32,000 bases of DNA from Okeania sp. (GTDB lineage Bacteria > Cyanobacteriota > Cyanobacteriia > Cyanobacteriales > Microcoleaceae). The stretch is from the NCBI RefSeq assembly GCF_035285525.1, contig NZ_JAYKGW010000098.1, forward strand, positions 1-32,000. Reading direction: 5' to 3'. Shown here piece by piece: positions 9,335 through 17,216 of the stretch; the stretch's first letter is position 1; each line of letters begins with the position of its first letter. A program made the position numbers and the translations under genes. The notes under the pieces are model-generated. The model saw only the letters and a list, made by a program, of their open reading frames with translations, made no database searches and was not told the DNA's origin.

Positions 9335-9435
9335 AGGACTTACACGCTCTCAACCAAGAAACCGGGTTTATTGCCGCGATCTTGTTGTTCAAACCAGGAA
9401 ATCTCGTTCATAAACCCGATTTCTCCGTAAGTCCT
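9335..9435. mobile_element. 101-bp AGGACTTAC-family MITE
   Basis: The ends are aggacttacacg and ccgtaagtcct. The subterminal caaccaagaaaccgggttt and cataaacccgatttc are shared, inverted, with 10720-10816. Confidence 0.75.
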
Positions 9436-9490
9436 AAGTTTATATATTTTAGCTTAAAATAATTGTGGCATTCTGAGGAGTTAGTAAGTA

Positions 9491-10693
9491 ATGGTAAGTC
9501 AATATCAAAAAAATCTATCAAAATTAAAATCCAGATTAAAATTTATTAGCTTAATGGGAACGCTAGCAATAAGTTTTAGTTTACCTAGTCCAGTTTTTGC
9601 CGCTTTCTTAACCAACTGGTTTTTTGATCCCGATAATAATCAACTTCAGTTTACTCTCCCAACAGGTACGATTCCTACTTATCAGGTAGAAAGCAAACCT
9701 AATCGTTTAGTAGTTTATATTCCCAATACCGAAGTTAGTGTAAATGTAAATGAATTATATCCAGAACAGTTGGTGCGTCAAGTTAGTCTCTCTCAAGAAA
9801 AACCAACACAAGCAAAAGTGGTGATACATTTTGCTCCAGAGGTAGCTGTATCTTATCAACAAATAAAATTAGAACAGGTTAAACCCCAAGAAAATAGTTG
9901 GCAGTTACGTCTACTTGTAAATGAGGGAGAAATCTCAAAACCAAAAGAAAATAATCAAGTTTTGACTCCACCAAAGTCAGAGCAACCAAGTCTTCCAGAA
10001 GAAAATAATCAAGTTTTGACTCCACTAAAGTCAGAGCAACCAAGTCTTCCAGAAGCAGATAAATTTATTCAACCTCCTCCACAACCTAAACCTGTAGAAG
10101 AAACAAACGATAGCGATACTAAATCAGTAGATGTAATTTCTTTTGGAGAACCTTTACCTGAAACTTCGGAAAAAAACAAATCTGAAGATAATGCTGATAT
10201 TTTGCTTAAAGAAGGAAAGGTAATAAGTTTAATTTACCCTACTGGAAAACTGACACTACCACAAGATGTTCAGATACAAGAAGTTTTACTTCTCAAAGAA
10301 GCGATCGCTGATCAATCTGGTAGAGTTATAGTACCAGCTAAAACGCCTGTTATTGGTAGTTTTAATACTAAAACTCAGGGTAGTAAATTTACCGCTAGAG
10401 CTATATATTTGAATGGCAGTTTTATTTCTTTTGCTGCTGAATCTGAATTACTTCAAGGAAACCCTGATATTGATAAACAAGATTTAGCAGGTAGGAGTGT
10501 TGGTGGGGGACTAGCATTGTTACTTCTGACAGGTTCTGGTCTTGGTCTTTTGGCAGGAGCAGCACTGGGAGCTGGTAGTTTGGTTTTGACTGCCCCTCGT
10601 CAACCTGTCACTGTCGAAGCAAATCGTATTGTAGAAGTTCGTTTGGTTAAAGATTTACCCCTCTCTAGATTTTATGATTTCAACAATAAATAG
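9491..10693 (+). CDS. AMIN-domain protein with a Pro/Glu-rich linker and a C-terminal Gly-rich hydrophobic segment
   Basis: There is a signal-like N-terminus. LTNWFFDPDNNQLQFTLPTGTIPTYQVESKPNRLVVYIPNTEV resembles the AMIN domain. An 18-aa tandem repeat is present. The C-terminal GGGLALLLLTGSGLGLLAGAALGAGSLVL is hydrophobic. Confidence 0.8.
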   Translation: MVSQYQKNLSKLKSRLKFISLMGTLAISFSLPSPVFAAFLTNWFFDPDNNQLQFTLPTGTIPTYQVESKPNRLVVYIPNTEVSVNVNELYPEQLVRQVSLSQEKPTQAKVVIHFAPEVAVSYQQIKLEQVKPQENSWQLRLLVNEGEISKPKENNQVLTPPKSEQPSLPEENNQVLTPLKSEQPSLPEADKFIQPPPQPKPVEETNDSDTKSVDVISFGEPLPETSEKNKSEDNADILLKEGKVISLIYPTGKLTLPQDVQIQEVLLLKEAIADQSGRVIVPAKTPVIGSFNTKTQGSKFTARAIYLNGSFISFAAESELLQGNPDIDKQDLAGRSVGGGLALLLLTGSGLGLLAGAALGAGSLVLTAPRQPVTVEANRIVEVRLVKDLPLSRFYDFNNK

Positions 10694-10719
10694 ATAATTA
10701 ATAATTTATAATTGATAAT

Positions 10720-10816
10720 GGGCTTACGCAGCAACCGGGTTTATAGACGAAACTTCTTCATTTTAACAAATAATTAGTACAATAGATCGGGTTTCTTGGT
10801 TGATTTGTCTAAGCCC
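10720..10816. mobile_element. 97-bp MITE (gggcttacgca...tgtctaagccc), same family as 9335-9435 in inverted orientation
   Basis: The terminal and subterminal sequences align with the reverse complement of 9335-9435. The element begins 27 bp after the AMIN gene stop. Confidence 0.7.
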
Positions 10817-10899
10817 TGACAGTCAGGAATCATAGAAAAGATAGTCAGAAAAATCAAGGGATAATTCTTCTAACTATCTCCTCTAAATTTTTTGTTACA

Positions 10900-10938
10900 A
10901 CTGATAACTGATAACTGATAACTGATAACTGATGACTG
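10900..10938. repeat. STRR-type heptamer array (actgata) of about 5.5 copies
   Basis: ctgataactgataactgataactgataactgatgactga read directly from the sequence. Confidence 0.9.
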
Positions 10939-10954
10939 AACAACTCCCTATTTT

Positions 10955-11467
10955 CTAGAAATTGTTATTTTCAGGTGCAGTCATTCCCGGTCCTAATTGA
11001 TTTTTCAAAAATAGGTTTTGAGCATTATTATTTTGATAAACACAGTCAACTTCTGGTTCATCATTAATATCTCCTGTATACCCAAAAGTATTCATCCGAT
11101 TTTTACAATCACGAACTTGATCGTTGTTAAGTAAATTTCGTTGTTCTAGAATTGTCCAATTATTTCTGCGGATGACACATCCTGGTTCCATACCTGGTTG
11201 AGATACATATACATTAAAAGGGTTTAAAGTCAAGAAAACGCGCATATTCATTACCATAGCGCTCGCTCCAAACTGTACACAAAGTTCGGGGTTAGGTACG
11301 CTGCGATCTATAAATTCACGAGAAGCTACATTTTGTGGGGTAAAATTAGCAGTGGAGCTGAAGGCAATGCCAATACCAATACCTAAAATAAATACTCCTC
11401 CTAGAATTGCTAGAGTAGCATAATTGAATCTGGATGGTTGAGTCATGCTTTGATTTCTACGTTTCAT
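10955..11467 (-). CDS. Conserved cyanobacterial membrane-anchored protein (DUF3172-like)
   Basis: 170 aa with an N-terminal TM helix ATLAILGGVFILGIGIGIAF followed by CVQFGASAMVMNMRVFLTLNPFNVYVSQPGMEPGCV. The family assignment is from memory, not from a search. Confidence 0.7.
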   Translation of the reverse strand: MKRRNQSMTQPSRFNYATLAILGGVFILGIGIGIAFSSTANFTPQNVASREFIDRSVPNPELCVQFGASAMVMNMRVFLTLNPFNVYVSQPGMEPGCVIRRNNWTILEQRNLLNNDQVRDCKNRMNTFGYTGDINDEPEVDCVYQNNNAQNLFLKNQLGPGMTAPENNNF

Positions 11468-11620
11468 TTAAAAATATATATTATCTGAAATTATTTGAGC
11501 AAAAGCTACACACAAGTCAGAAGTTAGAGGTAATTCCTAACATATTCCCACTATGATAAATTTTAGCAGGAAAATAATTTGTTTTGAGTAGGCAGAAGGA
11601 AGCATTAAAAGTACCTGTTT

Positions 11621-11760
11621 TGGTTAATGGTATAACTATAGTAATCCTGAATAGTTTGTAAGATTTTATCTAACGGGGTTTGGTTTTGAAATCCAAGCAC
11701 TAGGGATTTGGAAACCAAACCCCTACAGTTTTTTCTCACAAATCATTTCTTAATGGTTAT
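11621..11760 (-). repeat. Sibling of the 9163-9290 hairpin plus promoter-like module
   Basis: ggggtttggttt (11675-11686) pairs with aaaccaaacccc (11712-11723). The module gtaatcctgaatagtttgtaagatttt is at 11641-11667. Confidence 0.65.
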
Positions 11761-11919
11761 ACTCTAGCATTTTTTTAAGTCAAAAGTGACAATAAAAAAG
11801 TCAGATGACAAAAAAATAGAATTTTTTATCTAACTTCCGAGTCTAATATTAAGTTTTATGTTAACATATTTTAAGTATAAAATTAGCATTAGTTTGTTTA
11901 AGTAAGCGGGTATAAAACA

Positions 11920-12207
11920 TTGTCTGTAGAGATTATAGAAAAACCTACCACTTCCACAATCCGCAAACCTGCACCTCGTTATCGAGTTTTACTTCATAAC
12001 GATGATTTTAACAGTATGGAATATGTAGTGCAGGTATTAATGAAGACTGTACCGAGTTTGACTCAACCCCAAGCTGTAAGTATAATGATGGAAGCTCATT
12101 CTAATGGTATTGCATTAGTGATTGTATGCGCTTTAGAGCCAGCAGAGTTCTACTGCGAAAATTTAAAAAATCATGGACTGACAAGTACCATAGAACCTGA
12201 TGATTGA
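11920..12207 (+). CDS. clpS: ATP-dependent Clp protease adaptor ClpS
   Basis: 95 aa with a TTG start. YRVLLHNDDFNSMEYVVQVLMKTVPSLTQPQAVSIMMEAHSNGIALV is a typical ClpS core. Confidence 0.9.
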   Translation: MSVEIIEKPTTSTIRKPAPRYRVLLHNDDFNSMEYVVQVLMKTVPSLTQPQAVSIMMEAHSNGIALVIVCALEPAEFYCENLKNHGLTSTIEPDD

Positions 12208-12223
12208 TTTAATTTATAATAAT

Positions 12224-12259
12224 AGAAACCGGGTTTCTCGACTGAGGAACTCGGTTTCT
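12224..12259 (+). terminator. Possible clpS terminator hairpin
   Basis: agaaaccg (12224-12231) pairs perfectly with cggtttct (12252-12259) and is followed by tgttgtt. The 20-nt loop makes this weak. Confidence 0.3.
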
Positions 12260-12268
12260 TGTTGTTAG

Positions 12269-12312
12269 GGTAGGAAGTAGGGAGTAGGGAGCAGGGAGTA
12301 GGGAGTAGGGAG
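12269..12312. repeat. STRR heptamer array (gtaggga/gcaggga) of about 6 copies
   Basis: gggtaggaagtagggagtagggagcagggagtagggagtagggag. It is followed at 12325-12371 by the left-end half of the ggagatgtc MITE family in reverse orientation. Confidence 0.85.
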
Positions 12313-12436
12313 AAAGAATTAATTATTTTTGTGGGATAATTGATTTGATTTTTGATGATTGGAGATGTCTAATGATTACCTCTTCTTATAAAGAAGAGGA
12401 TTGGCTAAAAGTAATTTTTTTTCTTTATTCGACGAG

Positions 12437-12497
12437 GTACTGATAACTGAAATGGTACTGATAACTGAAATGGTACTGATAACTGATAACTGAAATG
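12437..12497 (+). repeat. 18-bp unit ggtactgataactgaaat x3, the last with an extra heptamer
   Basis: Units at 12437, 12455 and 12473. The ATG of the CPBP ORF (12495) lies inside the final ctgaaATGa. The same tail occurs at 13644-13670 and 13968-13993. Confidence 0.85.
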
Positions 12498-13349
12498 ACA
12501 TTTACTAAAATAGCAAAGTTTTCTGCTCTGGCAAGAATCGGAATTTTTATTTTAACATTGATTGTGATATGGATGCCATTGGCAATACCGATATATTTAT
12601 TGGTGAAAGATATTAATCTAGAAAGCATTTTGACGATCACTATACTCTACTTTGAGTTTATTATTTTAGTTAGGTTATGGGGAAAGAATGTATATCAGGA
12701 ACCTCGTCTATTACGTCGCTACGGTTTAGTAATAAATAAGCGGAATTTTCAATTATTTTTCCAAGGTTTAGGTATAGGTTTATTTGGTTTATTTAGTCTG
12801 TTTATATTAGAGATATTTTTAGGGTGGTTAGTATGGCAATCACCGTCAGAAAAGTTTCTACAGTTTATTTTTGAAGGTTTGTTAGTTGCTGTTGGTATTG
12901 GTTTTGCAGAAGAGTTATTATTTCGGGGTTGGTTATTAGATGAATTAGAGAGAAATTATCACTCAAATGTAGTTTTATGGGTAAGTAGTATTGTTTATGC
13001 AGTGCTACATTTTATTAAACCTCTTGAGGAAATTTTACGAACTTGGCTACAATTTCCGGGTTTAGTTTTATTAGGTTTAATATTTGTTTTGGCAAAACGT
13101 AGTAGTGAAAAAAAGTTAGATAAGACTAAGAATAAGAAACAAAAATTATTAGGTTTACCGATGGGTATTCATACTGGTTTAGTGTGGGGATATTATATTA
13201 TTAATGTAGGTAGTTTAGTCAAATATTCTCAAGGAGTTGAAGAGTGGTTAGTTGGAATAGATGGTAATCCTTTGGCAAGTTTAATGGGGTTATTATTTTT
13301 AGGAGCGATCTCTCTCTGGATAGGTGTATCTAAATTAAGTGATAAGTAA
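12495..13349 (+). CDS. CPBP-family intramembrane metalloprotease (CAAX protease / Abi-like)
   Basis: Polytopic membrane protein with GFAEELLFRGWL (EExxxR motif) and YAVLHF (His motif). Confidence 0.85.
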   Translation: MTFTKIAKFSALARIGIFILTLIVIWMPLAIPIYLLVKDINLESILTITILYFEFIILVRLWGKNVYQEPRLLRRYGLVINKRNFQLFFQGLGIGLFGLFSLFILEIFLGWLVWQSPSEKFLQFIFEGLLVAVGIGFAEELLFRGWLLDELERNYHSNVVLWVSSIVYAVLHFIKPLEEILRTWLQFPGLVLLGLIFVLAKRSSEKKLDKTKNKKQKLLGLPMGIHTGLVWGYYIINVGSLVKYSQGVEEWLVGIDGNPLASLMGLLFLGAISLWIGVSKLSDK

Positions 13350-13692
13350 TTATATTCAAAAATCGGGAACACTCAAACACAAAAAAAAGTCATCTTTTAA
13401 GATGGGTGGTGGAGACTAGGTGGCGATCGCCAACTCCCCATAATGATCATAATAATTATTATTAGTATGAAAATTGCTATGATTGATTTTTTCTATCTTT
13501 ATGGTATGATATTTATTATTTATTCATTATTATTAAATAACCTTTACCAAAAAAAGAGGTATAAAGCCTCCCCTGGTTCGGGGATGAAAAAATTTTAACT
13601 CAGTATTTCAAGCCTCCGACTAAATTCGGAGGTTCACTCTCTACTGATAACTGATAACTGAAATGACTAACCAAAAAATAAGGTCTCAAGCC

Positions 13693-13855
13693 GTAAGCAT
13701 TCAGCTATTAGCTATCAGCAACAAGACTCTGTTTTTAAAGCTATCCATTATAAAGTTTGATATTAAGAGAAATATTTATAAATATAGTATTAAAGATGAG
13801 ATTTACATCTAAAAAAAAATAGCTGATAGCTGATGGCTGAGGGCTGAATGCTTAC
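13693..13855. repeat. 163-bp inverted-repeat element with arms built from agctRat heptamers (GTAAGCATT-type ends)
   Basis: The left arm is gtaagcattcagctattagctatcagc (13693-13719). The right arm is gctgatagctgatggctgagggctgaatgcttac (13822-13855). Confidence 0.8.
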
Positions 13856-14076
13856 CTCAAACCTGCCCTTGACTGCACCACGAGCTGTCGCTCTAGAAAA
13901 GAATAAAAGAAACTTTAGTATTTAAAACCAGAGGCTTTCCTAGGTCATGCTGCGCCAACAGCGAGAGGTACTATAACTGATAACTGAAATGATAATATTT
14001 AGTCTTAAATCTGAACTTTATCAAGTATTTTTAGGAATTTTTCAGAAACAACTCATTAATTAGATTAATAAAAAAA

Positions 14077-14499
14077 ATGCCAAATGATAAAACTAAAGAA
14101 ATTCCTATATTAGCTGAGGAATTACCTTTACAAATTTTATTAGCAGAAGATAATAGGGTTAACCAAAAAATTGTCCTAAATATTTTAAAAAAATTAGGCT
14201 ATTCGGCAGATGCTGTTTCCAATGGCTTAGAAGTTTTAAATGCTTTGAAGCGTCAGAAATACGATATTATTTTAATGGATATGCAAATGCCAGTGATGGG
14301 TGGTTTAGAAGCAACAAAAAAAATTTATGAGCAGTTTTCACCTACAGAAATACCTTATATTATTTCAGTTACTGGCAATGAGATAGAAAGTGATAAGCAA
14401 TTATGTTTTGATGCGGGAATGAATGATTATTTAACTAAACCTATCGGGATTCAAGATTTGATTGAAGTATTACGAAAATATCAGGAGCAAATTAAATAA
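14077..14499 (+). CDS. Stand-alone response-regulator receiver domain (CheY-like, hybrid-kinase type)
   Basis: 140 aa. ILLAEDNRVNQKI...DIILMDMQMPVMGGLEATKKI...DAGMNDYLTKP carries the acidic pocket, the phospho-acceptor Asp in LMDMQMP and the conserved Lys in TKP. Confidence 0.85.
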   Translation: MPNDKTKEIPILAEELPLQILLAEDNRVNQKIVLNILKKLGYSADAVSNGLEVLNALKRQKYDIILMDMQMPVMGGLEATKKIYEQFSPTEIPYIISVTGNEIESDKQLCFDAGMNDYLTKPIGIQDLIEVLRKYQEQIK

Positions 14500-14722
14500 C
14501 TAATACCAATTACCAAAAGTAATGCTATACTGAACGCCATATTGTAACAGTCAATAATTACCAAGATTAAAAGTCTTTGGCTTGACAATTATTAGTTGGT
14601 TAGTAATTATTTTTCCTGCTTTTCTTCTCCCCACACTTCCTACACTTCCCAGACTTCCCCACCCCATCAGATATAGCATTCTTTTTGATAAATGGTATAA
14701 GTAAGTAGACGTTACCAAAGAA

Positions 14723-14794
14723 TTAATAATTAAATAATTAAATAATTAAATAATTAAATAATTAAATAATTAAATAATTAAATAATTAAATAAT
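14723..14794. repeat. Octamer array taaataat x8 perfect (14731-14794), preceded by one variant ttaataat
   Basis: Counted directly: 64 nt split exactly into eight identical 8-mers. Confidence 0.95.
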
Positions 14795-14941
14795 TAGCAC
14801 CTTGAAGCCTCCCCTTTCAAGGGGAAAAAGTGCCGAAAACGCCATTTCTAATCTCCCCTTCAGAAATAAATTTTTTCTTTTTATTCAATCCCCTCCCTAA
14901 AAGGAAGAGGTAATTATCAATTATCCATTATTGAAAGCTAT

Positions 14942-15068
14942 CAGTAGTGCATTGTTTCACCTAAAATGGTGCAATAGCTATAGGTTACAAAAATGTTTCT
15001 CCCCTATTCCCCTACTCCTCTACTTCCCTACTGCCTAATGCACCATTTTAGCTGTGTCAGTCCAGTAG
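14942..15068 (+). repeat. ~127-bp element with an inverted sibling at 20583-20709
   Basis: The ends cagtagtgcattgtttcacctaaaatggtgcaatagctataggtt and aatgcaccattttagctg..cagtccagta match the reverse complement of 20583-20709. The middle is divergent. Confidence 0.75.
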
Positions 15069-15142
15069 GGTGTACGCGAGATGTAAAGCGCATAACGCAC
15101 AACGCACCGACACACTATATATAGTACCCTTGCGTAAGTCCC
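15069..15142. mobile_element. Partial AGGACTTAC-family MITE (right end only)
   Basis: ...cataacgcacaacgcaccgacacactatatatagtacccttgcgtaagtccc. The motif actatatatagtacc + gcgtaagtcc is shared with 6999-7033 and 16905-16932. Confidence 0.6.
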
Positions 15143-15260
15143 GATCAATTATCGATTATTGAAAGCACTTTCCGTTGCCAGTGAAGTACACCCCCTATAC
15201 CGGCTTTCCGGCCCGCACAAACGGTGCGGCCCTGGGTGAAAGATTTTATAAGAAGAGATA

Positions 15261-15295
15261 ATTATTAATTATTAATTGTTAATTATTAATTATTG
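15261..15295. repeat. Heptamer array attatta x5 (one variant attgtta)
   Basis: attattaattattaattgttaattattaattattg read directly from the sequence. Confidence 0.9.
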
Positions 15296-15620
15296 AACGC
15301 TTTTTAGTATGGAGGTTTGGAGGCAATGGTCAATGGGCAAGAGTTTGGGAATTTATTTCCAGTTTTTAAATTGTTACAACCTATTTAGGGTTTGCTGATT
15401 AAATATAAAAGCTTTTACAGACATAGGTTTCAACCTTTTTAACGCCTAAAAAAGTATCAGCTTTTAGGTCGCTCAGATTCAAAAAGAAGCGCATTTTGGG
15501 CGCATAGTTGGGTAAAAAAATGACTCCCCACTTCCCCATTTTCTGATAAAGACTGTTTCAACAAACCCTATTTAGGATTTTTATGTGCTAACATTATCCG
15601 TAATCTCATAAATTTTAGTT

Positions 15621-16565
15621 ATGCCATCACCTGTAAAAAAGACTGCAAAAGCAGCACAAAACGTTAAACAAGCCAAAGCACTTAAACAAAAAGGTGCCAT
15701 ACCAGCAAAAAAAACTGCAAAAGTAGCAGAAAATATTAAGCAAGCCAAAGCACTCCAAGCAAAAGGTTCCATTGAGGAAGCAATCCAAGAGTATAATAAA
15801 GCTCTCAAGCAAGCTCCTAAAAACTTTAAAGTTTTAAATCAGCTTGTGGTTCTCTATACCATGCAGAAAAATTGGCAAGAAGTGATTAACTATTGTTATC
15901 AGGTTATTGCTTTACGTCCTAAAAATGTCCCAGCATATTTGCGGTTGGCAAAGGCTTTGACAAAACAAAACAATTTGTATGGAGCTGTAGCTGCTTTCCA
16001 AAAGGCAATAGAATTAGATGCAAATGCTGTTAAAGCTACAAACTACAAACAATATGGGGATATTCTCATTAAGCTAGGAACTGGAAAAACTCAAAAGATT
16101 CAAGCTAATGAAGCAGTTGCAGCTTACCAAAAAACAGTGGATTTGAATCCAAAAACACCTCCCTCAGTTTATTTGAAGTTAGCAAGCACTTTGGAAAAAC
16201 AAAAAAGGTTTGAAGAGGCGATCGCTTCTTACAACAAACTCCTGGAGTTAAAACCTGATCTTGGTAAAAAAATATATGTAAACTTGGGTACGGCCCAAAT
16301 GAAACAAGGTTTGTTAGATGAGGCGATCGCTAGCTTTGAGAAAGCACTAGAGATTAACCCTAATCAAGCAAATGCTTACGGAAGTTTGGGGACTGCTTAC
16401 CGCAAGAAAGGTTTATTGGGCGATGCTATTGCTAATTATGAGAAGGCACTTGATCTGAAACCAAATACACCTTCTTTGCACCGTATCATGGGCGATATCT
16501 TGACTAAACAAGGTCGTACTACAGAAGCAGCTCAACATTATGAGCAAGCAAAGTCAACTAAATAG
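15621..16565 (+). CDS. TPR-repeat protein with a Lys/Ala-rich repeated N-terminus
   Basis: 314 aa. It has repeated A..Y.KAL.L.P motifs (AIASYNKLLELKPD, AIASFEKALEINPN, AIANYEKALDLKPN). The N-terminus is duplicated: KKTAKAAQNVKQAKALKQKG and KKTAKVAENIKQAKALQAKG. Confidence 0.85.
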   Translation: MPSPVKKTAKAAQNVKQAKALKQKGAIPAKKTAKVAENIKQAKALQAKGSIEEAIQEYNKALKQAPKNFKVLNQLVVLYTMQKNWQEVINYCYQVIALRPKNVPAYLRLAKALTKQNNLYGAVAAFQKAIELDANAVKATNYKQYGDILIKLGTGKTQKIQANEAVAAYQKTVDLNPKTPPSVYLKLASTLEKQKRFEEAIASYNKLLELKPDLGKKIYVNLGTAQMKQGLLDEAIASFEKALEINPNQANAYGSLGTAYRKKGLLGDAIANYEKALDLKPNTPSLHRIMGDILTKQGRTTEAAQHYEQAKSTK

Positions 16566-16596
16566 TTAATTGAGCTATAATAGGACTTTATCAAAC

Positions 16597-16687
16597 AGGA
16601 CTTAGGCAACTGCAAGGTATTTTTGTCCGATACGACAACAGGAAGCAATCTCAAACCCCTGTTTTTGATACCTCATGGGTAAGTCCT
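16597..16687. mobile_element. 91-bp AGGACTTAC-family MITE, with a sibling left part at 20509-20583
   Basis: aggacttaggcaactgcaaggtatttttgtccgatacgac...cctgtttttgatacctcatgggtaagtcct. Positions 20509-20580 share the first ~70 bp. Confidence 0.75.
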
Positions 16688-16743
16688 ATAAAAATAAGCT
16701 TTACAAATTTTATCGGAAATCAATTGTGAACTTTTTTTTCTAT

Positions 16744-16933
16744 AGGATTTACCTATAAACGCTATTGGTAGGGTGTGTTTTCCGCCCTTGAGCGGACATG
16801 AAACGCTACGGGACATGAATGCGTAGCATCCCGTAGGGAAGCATTCGGTTTGCGTAGCATTTCGCAGGAAAGGAAAAAGCGTATCTCGTAACTGAGGAAG
16901 ACTCTATATATAGTGCCTCCCGTGTAAGTCCTG
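16744..16933. mobile_element. ~190-bp AGGACTTAC-family MITE (long form)
   Basis: The interior acgctattggtagggtgtgttttccgcccttgagcggacatg is shared with 27791-27830 and 30345-30370. The right end is ctctatatatagtgcctcccgtgtaagtcctg. Confidence 0.7.
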
Positions 16934-17216
16934 TTCCATAAAAAAATTGTTTGGGTTATTTTTAGAAGAGTCCTATATGCAAAAAAAGCGATCGCTCTAG
17001 TGTATTACTACAGCGCTCGCTTTTATTATTGGGACTTGAGATTGGTATCAAATCTCTTCCATAATATCATGTCCGGCAGTATCGGTGTAAAAAGAGGGTG
17101 GGAAGTGTGGGAAGATATAGTAAAGATGAAACATTTTTTTCTACCGAATTAAGCGGATTTGATATAACACACAAAATTAGCTGTGTTAGTCCAATAGTTA
17201 AAATAATTAGGATACT

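Noticed and set aside
12425-12640. 71-aa ORF on the minus strand
   Set aside because: It overlaps the 18-bp repeat array (the translation repeats YQYHFS) and the 5' end of the CPBP gene.
13664-13815. ~50-codon ORF starting at the repeat-borne ATG (ctgaaATGactaacc)
   Set aside because: It reads straight through the 13693-13855 inverted-repeat element. It has no motif and is probably a by-product of the repeat.
14731-14794. The octamer array as a CRISPR or regulatory iteron set
   Set aside because: It is a pure 8-bp microsatellite without spacers, so it is reported only as a repeat.
15207-15235. GC-rich hairpin ccggctttccgg / cccgcac-aaacg-gtgcgg as a solo IS200/IS605 end
   Set aside because: It shares only cccgcac with the LE/RE hairpins. 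It lacks the bulged-T stem and the agaag lead-in, so the evidence is too weak.
15581-15812. Two minus-strand ORFs antisense to the TPR gene 5' end
   Set aside because: They arise from the duplicated Lys/Ala-rich coding repeat. Their Cys/Phe-rich low-complexity translations are typical of antisense artefacts.
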